Assembly (NCBI GenBank): GCA_965197645.1
Contig: OZ240219.1
Span: forward strand, 2,560,001-2,624,000
From: Dehalococcoidia bacterium
Lineage (GTDB): Bacteria > Chloroflexota > Dehalococcoidia > Plut-88900
Reading direction: 5' to 3'
DNA: 64,000 bases
Every line of letters starts with the position of its first letter. Position 1 is the stretch's first letter. The position numbers and the translations under genes were made by a program. The notes below the pieces were generated by a model. The model had not been told where the DNA came from. It did not search any database and was given only the letters and a program-made list of their open reading frames with translations. This document shows positions 1 through 9,128 of the stretch, piece after piece.

Positions 1-595
1 TGGCAGTATCCATTACCTTGGTCCACCCCTCCAACGTCATGATGTTGAACAGTGTCAGCACCGATGTGCCGAGGTTGCGCCAGTGTTCCGGATCGTGTTC
101 GTGAAATAGGTGGTAGCCCATAATGGCGTAGATGTAGACGAGAATTCCGATCAGCATTATCACGTGTCCTACGCTGGGGATCGACCGAACCAGCGCGGTG
201 ACGATGAGCCGCAGGTCTTTCACCGTTGACATCAGCCGCAGCACCCGCAGCAGCCGGGCCAGGCGAGTAATCATGGCAAACTGGCCAGTGGCCGGAACCA
301 GCGAGAACACTATCACCAGAAAGTCGAAGACGTTCCAGCCGTCCTGAAAGTACCGGAATGGACGAGGGGACAGCGCCAGCATCTTCAGCAGCGCCTCGAC
401 GATGAACACGCCTAACGCCACCTGGTATCCCAGCTCCAGCCAGTCGCCGTACTGTCGGTCCACCCGGGAGGAAGTGCCCAACCCCAACAGGGCGGCATTG
501 GCCAGAATGACCCCAATGATGAAGTATTCGAACCACCCTGAGTTAACCAGTCGCCCGGTAACCTGTACGAGTTGTTTCGGTGTATGTTGCTTCAT
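1..595 (-). CDS. Bacterial voltage-gated sodium channel / ion transporter (3' end runs off the window)
   Basis: Not in the ORF track; hand-translated from ATG at 595: MKQHTPKQLVQVTGRLVNSGWFEYFIIGVILAN..., S4 segment ITRLARLLRVLRLMS (four Arg), pore LTLFNIMTLEGWTKVM with TLEGW filter. Confidence 0.9.
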   Translation of the reverse strand, partial: MKQHTPKQLVQVTGRLVNSGWFEYFIIGVILANAALLGLGTSSRVDRQYGDWLELGYQVALGVFIVEALLKMLALSPRPFRYFQDGWNVFDFLVIVFSLVPATGQFAMITRLARLLRVLRLMSTVKDLRLIVTALVRSIPSVGHVIMLIGILVYIYAIMGYHLFHEHDPEHWRNLGTSVLTLFNIMTLEGWTKVMDTA

Positions 596-942
596 AGTGC
601 GGTATCGGTGGGTCTATTGTTTTTCGGGTAACATCCGAGAGCCGGTCCTCGTATCGTGACTTGCCTCACGTAGATTGACATAATCCAGTCAGGTCTGACG
701 GCCGAGGGAAACCCCTTGATGTCGGCTTTTTGGACGGCGTACCACTCTTCGGGCGTCATAGCTGGAAGTAGGGCAAAACGCCGTTCAAACAATCATTCGT
801 ACCGCTGAGTTTCAGGCCGTTCCGACTCCGAGGGTGATTGCCGACGTTCCTTCGTGCAATGGTCAGGTTTTGCATCGTCGGCAGGATTTGTCGCCGGCTA
901 CTTGTCTAACGAAAAACACCTCTGGGACGGAGTAGCCACTTC

Positions 943-1374
943 TCAGACCACTCTCCCATCGGGTCCGACCTCCGGGTTTGCCGACTCGTGATAGTGGACT
1001 ATCTTCCACTCGCCACCGGTCCTGTGAAGAATGAAGGTAACCCGGCTGTTGAACTCGTATCTGCTTCCCTCCGGTACGGCGTCTGCCAGTCCTATGGTGT
1101 AGCAGAAAGCGTAGGCGACATCACCAAACACATCTACTACCAAGTCGCTGTAGTTGTAATCGGCATTGCTGAGGGTAGCAGCGAGGTTATCGTAGTAGCG
1201 ATCAATACTGGCCCACCCCACCAGCGCCTCCTTGTTTTCCTCGGCCAGGTAGATAACATTGGGGTCGCTCTGGTCCCAAAGACTCTTCAACCGCTTGGTA
1301 TCGACGGCGCTCATGCCAGCAGTCCATTTGTCTATCCGTGCCTTTATCTCCTGCGTTTGGTGCTCTGTAGCCAA
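943..1374 (-). CDS. NTF2/SnoaL-like (DUF4440-type) protein
   Basis: 143 aa ORF; C-terminal RVTFILHRTGGEWKIVHYHES typical of NTF2-like folds; GGAGG upstream of TTG. Confidence 0.8.
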   Translation of the reverse strand: MATEHQTQEIKARIDKWTAGMSAVDTKRLKSLWDQSDPNVIYLAEENKEALVGWASIDRYYDNLAATLSNADYNYSDLVVDVFGDVAYAFCYTIGLADAVPEGSRYEFNSRVTFILHRTGGEWKIVHYHESANPEVGPDGRVV

Positions 1375-1455
1375 AGCATGACCTCCAAGGCAATAGCGCT
1401 TCCAACGAAATCCATTGGTGAACCGGCCACCGTCCCCCCGGTGAGCGGCCTTTGT

Positions 1456-1484
1456 AATCTATACTCCCGCTCTTCGAGCGTCAA
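1456..1484 (-). promoter_or_regulatory. sigma70-type promoter for the NTF2-like gene
   Basis: Minus strand TTGACG-N17-TAGATT. Confidence 0.55.
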
Positions 1485-1605
1485 GGCGGAGGTAATATTA
1501 GCATCGAAGGGGTGCAACCATCGGAAGTAGGTCGCAAATCTGGACGCCAGGATTTCCGGGTTGCAAGTGCCCATCGCTCCTGCCTGTATGATGGCCGCAA
1601 GCCCC

Positions 1606-2442
1606 TCAGAGCGCCAGTGATCCTATCCGGTACTTCGGTCTGTCCGACTCCGGCAACACCGACAGGTCCATGGGACCGGCGCCTGTCTCCACCAGTACGG
1701 ATGTTATGCCGACGTTGTTAGCGCCCCGGATATCGGTGCCTGGTGTGTCCCCTATCATCACCATGTCGCTGGTGCCGGTACGGCGAATCGCTTCTTCGAA
1801 CAATGCCGGGTTGGGCTTGCCAAGGCGTGTGAACGTCAGGTCCGAACGACCCGGATACTGAAGAGCCATGGCAGACTCAAACATCTGAGCCACAGTGCCG
1901 CTGGCGAAGCCGTAGCCTTCCCGTTCCGGATAGATAAGATCAGGGTTGGGTAACACCAGGTGGGGCGTCTCACCTCTATGGATTTTGCGGATCAGCTCAC
2001 TCAAGACTTTGCCGGTGGCGTCCAGGAACGGGTAGCCGTCCTGATCGCCGATTACAACCACATCGAAGTCCTCGTCGAAGGCGACCACCTCACCCCCTGC
2101 CTGTTGAACGTAGCTGGCGCTATCCTCCGTTCCCAGTACCACGCACCTCGAACCGACCAGCCCCTGGCTCTGGAAATGCCTTTTCAACAGGATGCCGGAA
2201 GTTACTATCCGGCTGGAGTCTATGGCGAGTCCCATTTCGACATACCGTGCCGCTCGCGTCTCCGGAAGCGCCGAGGCGTCGTTGGTCAGTACTAAATACG
2301 GCTTCCCCAGCGAGTTGAGCGTTCCAATCGCTTCGGAGGCTCCGGGAAGGGCAGAAGGCCAACGCACGAGGACGCCATCGGAATCGAAGAGGATAACGTC
2401 AAACTGATGTATCAATTCGCCAAGGGTTGTCCGTAAGGCCAT
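1606..2442 (-). CDS. HAD-IIA family hydrolase (NagD-like phosphatase)
   Basis: FDSDGVL motif I, LTND, LGKP and MIGDTPGTDIRGA motifs. Confidence 0.9.
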   Translation of the reverse strand: MALRTTLGELIHQFDVILFDSDGVLVRWPSALPGASEAIGTLNSLGKPYLVLTNDASALPETRAARYVEMGLAIDSSRIVTSGILLKRHFQSQGLVGSRCVVLGTEDSASYVQQAGGEVVAFDEDFDVVVIGDQDGYPFLDATGKVLSELIRKIHRGETPHLVLPNPDLIYPEREGYGFASGTVAQMFESAMALQYPGRSDLTFTRLGKPNPALFEEAIRRTGTSDMVMIGDTPGTDIRGANNVGITSVLVETGAGPMDLSVLPESDRPKYRIGSLAL

Positions 2443-2711
2443 CAGCCTGTACCTACATTCTCGAGGGTAGAGGGCTTGGTATCAACTTCGTAATAGCAGC
2501 GGTGACCTCTTGACCTGGTGTGGGGCAGTGGTGCGCGCCAGCATTCTCGGAATGCGTCCCGGGGTACGGCTGCTTCGGTAATCGGAAGGGCCAACCTCAC
2601 CACAGCCGCATCCACTATACTCGCGACCATCCCTCTACAAGCCGTCAGACGAGTCCGAGAGGCTTGCTTGGAGTCCGACTTCGCTCCGATGAGTCGAGAG
2701 AGTGAACGGCG

Positions 2712-3845
2712 TCAGTTGAGGGGGAAGTCGTAGAGCTTGGCTGCGTTGTCACGCACTATCTTGCGTTTATCGTCCTCGGGAATACCGTCGAAGATGCGGT
2801 CTATGACTTCTTGCGAATGGGGAAAGGTGCCCTCGTCGTGGGGGTAGTCGCTGCCCCACATCAGGCAATCGACACCGGTGACTTCACGGTTCACGAGTCC
2901 CACACGATCATCGCCAAAGGTGGCGAAGCCTTGGCGCTTGAAGTATTCGCTGGGCAACAATTCCAGCTGCGGGACCTCCCACATGTGGCGTTTGTAATGC
3001 ATCTCATCGAGAGACTGGAGGACCCATGCAAGCCACCCGACGCCTGATTCGACAAGTACGAACTTGAGATTGGGGTGCCTCCCGAGGATGTTGGCGGATA
3101 TCATCATGACGGTGGGCTCCATGGCAGCAGACATGCCGAGAATATTGCCAAGAAGGCCCTCGCCAACGCCACTTACCCCGTCGTCGGTACCGTACCCATC
3201 CTGGGACCGGACTTCGGGTCCGGACGTGAAGACGTGGAACGCCAGCGGGACACCCAGGTCTTCGGCGGCTGCCCAGAAGGGTTGGTAGTCCGGGTGGTTG
3301 TAGGGTTTGGTGGGCATGGTGCAGGGCAGCGACAGGGACTTGTATCCCATCTTGGCCACCCGCTCCGACTCTTCGATAGCGTCTTGGATGTTCAGCATCG
3401 GAATCTCAGCGGTGAGGGCGAAGACATCCGGACGGCTGCCGAGTACCTCGTGGTGGTAGTCGTTGTACAGCGTCGCTAGCGTCTTCTGGAACAGCGGGTC
3501 CGGGGAGGCGAACATCTTGAACACGGCCTGGGGGTAGATCACCTCTGCGGATACACCATCCCGTTCCAGGTCCGCCAGCCGCAGATCGATATCCATTCCA
3601 CCTTCACGGTGTTGGACCCTGCCCACCTCTTCGCCATCGCGCCAGTAGCGGCTCATATCATCTTCGTTGAGCGGGTGAGGAGCCTCGATGGGTGCAGGCG
3701 GCTGACCCTCGTAGATCAGGCAACGCTCCCCGTTCACGACCGCCTCGTGGGGAGCTCGCTCTAGGTACTCCGTGGGCAACCTATCGTAGAGAGACTGGGG
3801 CTCGTTGCAGTGTGAGTCGGCCGAAATGACGTTGTAATCTGCCAT
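2712..3845 (-). CDS. Amidohydrolase_2 family protein (paralogue 1)
   Basis: ISADSH, FH, VESGVGW and MWGSDYPHDEGTFP motifs. Confidence 0.9.
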   Translation of the reverse strand: MADYNVISADSHCNEPQSLYDRLPTEYLERAPHEAVVNGERCLIYEGQPPAPIEAPHPLNEDDMSRYWRDGEEVGRVQHREGGMDIDLRLADLERDGVSAEVIYPQAVFKMFASPDPLFQKTLATLYNDYHHEVLGSRPDVFALTAEIPMLNIQDAIEESERVAKMGYKSLSLPCTMPTKPYNHPDYQPFWAAAEDLGVPLAFHVFTSGPEVRSQDGYGTDDGVSGVGEGLLGNILGMSAAMEPTVMMISANILGRHPNLKFVLVESGVGWLAWVLQSLDEMHYKRHMWEVPQLELLPSEYFKRQGFATFGDDRVGLVNREVTGVDCLMWGSDYPHDEGTFPHSQEVIDRIFDGIPEDDKRKIVRDNAAKLYDFPLN

Positions 3846-4030
3846 GACTCCTCCTGTATCGATTCGTCTGCTAGTCTAGCATACGTTCCCAGACCTGAGG
3901 AGAGCGTGGGGGGGGTTGAGCGACTTAGGGGGACTGCTGCTTAAACCCGACCGCGAACAAGGCGTTTCCGATCCAGCACAACGAGTGAAGATAGTATCCC
4001 GTAGACGAGAGCCGTATAGAACGTGGATTG

Positions 4031-4945
4031 TTAAGCCGAGAGGGCTTCGATTACAGCCCCCACTTTGCCCGGCCCCGCTGTGGTCATCTCTCCGACCGCT
4101 TTGACGACGTTTGGGTGCTGCAATCCCGATACGAGGAAGGTCCACCGCCACGCCTTCTGGGTATTCGCCGTGATCTCCTCTTTCTCGCCATCGGTGAACG
4201 TCCGGCCCGTCACTCTCTCGAGGGCTTCTATGTTCAGCCCGATCTGCTGCGCCAGGAGCCCGTCGATGGCTCCGCCAAGCTCTATGACCTCGTCGACTGC
4301 CGTCTCCCGCTCTTCCAGGGTCATCTGCTCGGCTACCTCGCCCATGAGCAGCGTGTCCAGCTTGGCGTGCTGCGCCTCCTCCATCCAATGGAACCTCAAG
4401 AGGTCTCTGAACAGCAGGTCCAGGTCCGAGTCCTCTCGCACGTGCTCAATGTAGTGGAGCTGGGTGAACCATTCGATGACCGTGGTCAAGATCATGACCG
4501 CCAGCTTCGACTTGCTTCGGACTACCTCCGCCACCTGTTCCCGACCGGGGATCAAGCCACACTCACTGCCGAAGCCCTCACCGAAGAGATCGACCGATAG
4601 TCGAAACAGCTCCTGGTGCTTGAGCTCTTCCTCGGCAAACCGAAGCAGTGCACGGGCCCTGACTTCGTCTCCATAGACCTCTTTCATAGCCTCTTCAGTG
4701 ACGGCGGGGATGATAAACTCTTCCACGAATGCGAAAATGTGACAGTAGGCGTTGCCCATGATCTGGTTCAACAGACGCTTCTCGTCGTCGTTCAAACACT
4801 CTATCCCGTCTACACCGGTCAGCCTGTTGGGCAGAAAACGCTTCGAAAAGTCGAAGTTCTTCCCGCCCAGGACCTCGTCCTCTAGCCACGAGACCTTCTT
4901 GGAGTTGTCCAAGCAGTCCTGGTACGTGTAGGTGTGTGAGAGCAT
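4031..4945 (-). CDS. Ferritin-like diiron oxygenase, AurF/CmlI-like
   Basis: Start reassigned to MLSHTY (GGGAGG RBS); ligand motifs VEE, EEELKH, IEW and HWMEEAQH (H-x3-E-x2-H). Confidence 0.75.
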   Translation of the reverse strand: MLSHTYTYQDCLDNSKKVSWLEDEVLGGKNFDFSKRFLPNRLTGVDGIECLNDDEKRLLNQIMGNAYCHIFAFVEEFIIPAVTEEAMKEVYGDEVRARALLRFAEEELKHQELFRLSVDLFGEGFGSECGLIPGREQVAEVVRSKSKLAVMILTTVIEWFTQLHYIEHVREDSDLDLLFRDLLRFHWMEEAQHAKLDTLLMGEVAEQMTLEERETAVDEVIELGGAIDGLLAQQIGLNIEALERVTGRTFTDGEKEEITANTQKAWRWTFLVSGLQHPNVVKAVGEMTTAGPGKVGAVIEALSA

Positions 4946-5185
4946 GGGTTTCGCCTCCCTATTGTTGGGGACCTTCACTGGGCTACCCCCATTTGGCCGT
5001 CTGGATTGATCACCAGACTTACTATTATAGTATAAACAACGATTATTTTTAATATAAGCAATCGCTATTTTGACATCGCTCACAAAAGTCACCAATCTGT
5101 ACCCAAGATCTCGATGGAACGAGGGTCGCAGAGCGGACCTCGTAGGTCTCGACATGCCAACCGTACGTAGCAACAAGGCCGGCCG

Positions 5186-5767
5186 ATGCTCAAACTGATT
5201 GCTCCGCGGGACCTGGGCCCGATCCCTGCCATTGCGGCCACGGCGTTCGTGGCCCTGGCCATTTTTTCGTGGACGGAGAGGACCGTCATCGTTGACCCGG
5301 AAGGGATGTCCGTTCCCTACTGGCCCTGGAAGCTGTGGCAGATCGGTCCGTTGCTCATGGGGTTCGGCGGCGTCTGGTGGATCTGGCTGAGCACCCGCCG
5401 AGTCCCTTGGGTGCGCAGCCTCGCGCTGGGCTTACTGGCTCTGGTGGTGCTCGGCAACGGTTACACCGGCCTGTTCGGCGACTACTGGGGTGAAGTGTGG
5501 CGCACCGTCAACCCGCTGTTCATCGGTTCCTCCACCGCAGCGGCGGCGGCCCTATGGCGTTGCGGACACATAGCGGGGCGAGTGGGTGGGATGGTCTCGG
5601 TGGCGTTGGGCGCCCTGGTATTCGCCAATGCATACTTCGTCAACAACGGGATTATCTGGCAGATACTGGACCCGGTACGAATGCTCACTGCATTGGCCTG
5701 GGCCGCCGGCGCCAGCCAGGCCAACGTTGCCACCCTCGAAAGTGGTCGGTCATCAGATGATGGCTAG
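5186..5767 (+). CDS. Hypothetical multi-pass membrane protein
   Basis: 193 aa with about six hydrophobic segments and an internally repeated N.Y...W...(N/D)P motif. Confidence 0.65.
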   Translation: MLKLIAPRDLGPIPAIAATAFVALAIFSWTERTVIVDPEGMSVPYWPWKLWQIGPLLMGFGGVWWIWLSTRRVPWVRSLALGLLALVVLGNGYTGLFGDYWGEVWRTVNPLFIGSSTAAAAALWRCGHIAGRVGGMVSVALGALVFANAYFVNNGIIWQILDPVRMLTALAWAAGASQANVATLESGRSSDDG

Positions 5768-5982
5768 CACTCCCGACAGGTCATCGGTGCAACATTGCCA
5801 TGCTCCTGCAACGCATCATCGATCAGACCTTTGCTTTGGCCACAGTCCTGTAATGGCACAGGACTTCCATTGGCGCCGGTGCCCCGATTGCAGATATGCC
5901 GTCCAGGGAGTGGCCGAAGTCGACGGCTCACCGCCGGACTCCCCAGGACGGATTGTTTCGAAGAGATAGAGAACCGATTCTG

Positions 5983-6010
5983 TTGCAAATCAACCGGTGC
6001 AGTCTATAAT
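5983..6010 (+). promoter_or_regulatory. sigma70-type promoter upstream of the SulP gene
   Basis: TTGCAA-N16-TATAAT. Confidence 0.55.
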
Positions 6011-6368
6011 CTGGGACACTGACAGCCTTACCCAACAGCGAAAGCGAATACGAATACAACCCGATGTGCAGTCCAGCGTAGCTGTCTTGGCGGCCTACAC
6101 GTCCCCCAGTCTCCCAACCGAGGCCACAACTCACTTCTAACCCTTGACCAGATTCTCCCTCAAGTTGCGGAAGAACTTCCATCAGCTGGCCGAGTATAGG
6201 CTGAGCGACCTACCCGCTCTCGTTCTAGGAGTATGCTCAGTGAGATCCGGGGACTGCTAACGCTGGTTACAGTGAGGTGTCTCCCGGTAAGCGACACCTG
6301 CCAACAGGCGAATGTGGGATGACCGTCTCAGGACCTATGCCCGAAGAACCCATTGAAGGCGCTGTAAC

Positions 6369-7985
6369 ATGAACTATAGCCTCCAAACTCTTCGTGGCGA
6401 TATTTTTGGCGGCATCACCTCGGCGGTGGTGGGGTTGCCGGTGGCGCTGGCCTTCGGCGTAGCGTCAGGTCTGGGACCCCTTGCCGGCATTTACGGGGCG
6501 ATCGCCGTGGGTTTCTTCGCAGCGGTGTTCGGGGGGACGCGGTCTCAGATATCCGGCCCCACCGGTCCAATGTCCGTGGCGATGGCGGTCATCGTCACCA
6601 ACCATGCCGACGATCTCGCCGAGGCGTTCACCATAGTCCTTATGGCAGGAACACTGCAGATGCTTCTCGGTGTACTGAGAATCGGCAGGTTCGTGGCCTA
6701 TACACCCTATTCGGTGATATCCGGTTTCATGTCCGGTATTGGCGTGATCATCATGCTGGTACATACCCTGCCTTTCCTGGGCGCCGCTGTTGCAACGGGA
6801 GGGCCGGTAGGAACAATCGAGAAGCTGCCGGATGCGTTAAGCGATGTCAACTTCAACTCGTTAGCCATAGCCTGCGCCACCCTTGTCGTAGGCGTGGTCT
6901 GGCCAAGCCAGTTCAGGAGGTATCTGCCTCCTACCCTGGCGGCGCTGATCGCCGGGACGCTGTTGGGCGTCCTGTGGCTGACCAACACCCCAGTCATTGG
7001 CAACGTGCCCACGGGCCTGCCCAGCGTGCAAATGCCGGACCTTGGCCTCGACGTGTTGGTAAAGGCTGTGCAGCCCGCGGTGACCTTGGCGCTACTCGGG
7101 TCCATCGATAGCCTGCTTACTTCCCTGATAGCCGATTCGATGACCCGCACTCGACATAAACCTAACCGAGAGCTCGTAGGCCAGGGTATCGGCAACTTTA
7201 TCGCAGGGCTATTGTGGGCCCTGCCCGGCGCAGGAGCCACCCTGGGCACGGTGGTAAACCTACGGGCCGGCGGGCGGACCCCCGTCTCCGGGGTGTTGCG
7301 TGCAGCAATCCTGCTGACACTCGTCCTGGGCCTGGGCCAATACGTAGAACAGATCCCCCACGCGGTTCTTGCCGGTATTCTGATGAAAGTCGGCTGGGAC
7401 ATCGTCGACTGGCGTTTTATCACCCGGATCCACCGGGTCCAGCGGGAACACCTACTGGTGATGCTGATTACCCTCGGGCTCACTGTGTTCCTCGACCTTG
7501 TTACCGCAGTGGCAATAGGTCTAATCGCTGCGGGGATGGCCCACTCGCGTCAGTTCGAGCGGTTGGAACTGGACAGCGTGGTATCTGTGCCACTACTGGA
7601 CCAGAGTTTCCTTACAAATAAGGAAGGCGCGGACGAGGCGGACTCTTTCTCGGCGCGTGTTGGCTTGGTGAGGCTCCGGGGGAGCTTCTCGGTTGCATCC
7701 TCGAACAAGCTGATCAACGCCATAAGTATGGACATCCAGGAACACGAGGTCGTGATCCTGGACTTCTCCGAGACGGTCTACATAGACGACAGCGCCGCCC
7801 TTGTGGTGGAGCAGCTGATCGACACCGCCATAGCTGAGGATACCGCGTGTATCGTGATGGGTCTCTCGGGTCCACCAGCCTCCACCCTTCAGACGCTCAA
7901 CGTTCTGCAGCATGTCCCGGCGGACCGCTTCGTCGCTACACTGGACGAAGCAAGGGAGACCGCGAAACGGATACTTGATAGTTAG
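6369..7985 (+). CDS. SulP/SLC26 anion permease with STAS domain (BicA-like bicarbonate transporter candidate)
   Basis: GDIFGGITSAVVGLPVALAFG, QISGPTGPM, ELVGQGIGN; C-terminal STAS (VILDFSETVYIDDSA). Confidence 0.92.
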   Translation: MNYSLQTLRGDIFGGITSAVVGLPVALAFGVASGLGPLAGIYGAIAVGFFAAVFGGTRSQISGPTGPMSVAMAVIVTNHADDLAEAFTIVLMAGTLQMLLGVLRIGRFVAYTPYSVISGFMSGIGVIIMLVHTLPFLGAAVATGGPVGTIEKLPDALSDVNFNSLAIACATLVVGVVWPSQFRRYLPPTLAALIAGTLLGVLWLTNTPVIGNVPTGLPSVQMPDLGLDVLVKAVQPAVTLALLGSIDSLLTSLIADSMTRTRHKPNRELVGQGIGNFIAGLLWALPGAGATLGTVVNLRAGGRTPVSGVLRAAILLTLVLGLGQYVEQIPHAVLAGILMKVGWDIVDWRFITRIHRVQREHLLVMLITLGLTVFLDLVTAVAIGLIAAGMAHSRQFERLELDSVVSVPLLDQSFLTNKEGADEADSFSARVGLVRLRGSFSVASSNKLINAISMDIQEHEVVILDFSETVYIDDSAALVVEQLIDTAIAEDTACIVMGLSGPPASTLQTLNVLQHVPADRFVATLDEARETAKRILDS

Positions 7986-8110
7986 GGCAGAGCGCTCTTA
8001 CTGGAGAGGTGTTCGGGGTGTCACGGGAAGCTCCGCGTAGCCTCCTCACGTGAGCGCCGGGCATGGTTAAGCTTGGAGTCCGGGGGCCAGATTCTATAAA
8101 AAAGCTAGGA

Positions 8111-8884
8111 ATGAAAACTGTTGGACTGACTCTGCTGTGCCTGCTGTGGGCGTTGTCTGCAATTGTGGCCTGCGGCGGCGAGGATGCACCCACAACTGTC
8201 GACGCGGTGGAGTGGGGATACAAGGGGCCGGGCGCGCCGGAGAATTGGGCATCCCTATCTGAAGAGTACGCAACCTGCGCCGACGGCGAGCAACAGTCGC
8301 CGGTGGATATCACCGCATACGAAGCTGGCGACGCCGCTCCCATCTCGTTTTCTTACGGCAGCGAGGCGATAGCCGTACGAAACGATGGCAAGCTCGTGCA
8401 TATCGACTACTCGCCGGGTAACACGTTGAAGGTCGGCCAGCAGACCTTTGAGTTGAAATCGGCGCACCTCCATTCACCCTCGGAACATCGGATAGACGGT
8501 GTGAACTTCGAGGCCGAACTGCATCTGGTCCATGCAGATGCCGACGGTAACCTGGCGGTGGCGGCCGTACTGTTTAGACTTGGCGAGCCCAGTCCTGCGG
8601 TGCAAGCGATTCTCGATATCGCTCCGAAGGCCGGTGATACAGTCGGCGACGGTATCAAGCTTAATGCCAGCGTTGAGGCGACTGTAGAACTGGGCTACTA
8701 CCACTACGACGGCTCGAAGACGACCCCTCCATGCGACGAGCCGGTTAGCTGGTATGTCATGCGCGAGATGAAGACCGTTTCGGCGGAACAGGTCGACGCC
8801 CTGCTGGCATTGAGCGGCGGCCCCAACAATCGTCCCGTCCAGCCCACGGGCAGCCGCGTAATAGTAATCGGCGGTGTGCCATAG
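8111..8884 (+). CDS. Alpha-class carbonic anhydrase, predicted lipoprotein
   Basis: Lipobox IVAC; WGY..GP.NW, QQSPVDI, HLHSPSEH...ELHLVH zinc ligands, GSKTTPPC, NNRPVQP. Confidence 0.92.
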   Translation: MKTVGLTLLCLLWALSAIVACGGEDAPTTVDAVEWGYKGPGAPENWASLSEEYATCADGEQQSPVDITAYEAGDAAPISFSYGSEAIAVRNDGKLVHIDYSPGNTLKVGQQTFELKSAHLHSPSEHRIDGVNFEAELHLVHADADGNLAVAAVLFRLGEPSPAVQAILDIAPKAGDTVGDGIKLNASVEATVELGYYHYDGSKTTPPCDEPVSWYVMREMKTVSAEQVDALLALSGGPNNRPVQPTGSRVIVIGGVP

Positions 8885-9128
8885 GGAACAATTTACGAGG
8901 GTCGGTCCCAGCCTCAGACCCTCATCAGGATGCTTTCCCGACAGACCCCACACAGGTCCAGTGAGTGGTAATGCCAGCCGACAGCCGCAACATCGGAGGG
9001 CTTGAGAGCGGGCACTAGACGGGTGGGTCCTCTGAATAATCCGTGGACTACACACCTGCGTCAGGGCTGGTGGGAGCCGCTTTCGCCAAGCGCCGAGAAA
9101 CCGCTGTATCGGGAGGCGCGGAACCTGC

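Noticed and set aside
592-792. 66-aa minus-strand ORF whose stop overlaps the channel ATG
   Set aside because: TTG start with no clear RBS and no recognisable motif; cannot be supported as a gene
4946-5176. N-terminal extensions given by the ORF track (also 28529-28720, 56303-56410, 58841-58975, 59602-59883)
   Set aside because: They run through promoter regions or neighbouring genes; downstream starts have good RBSs and family-like N-termini
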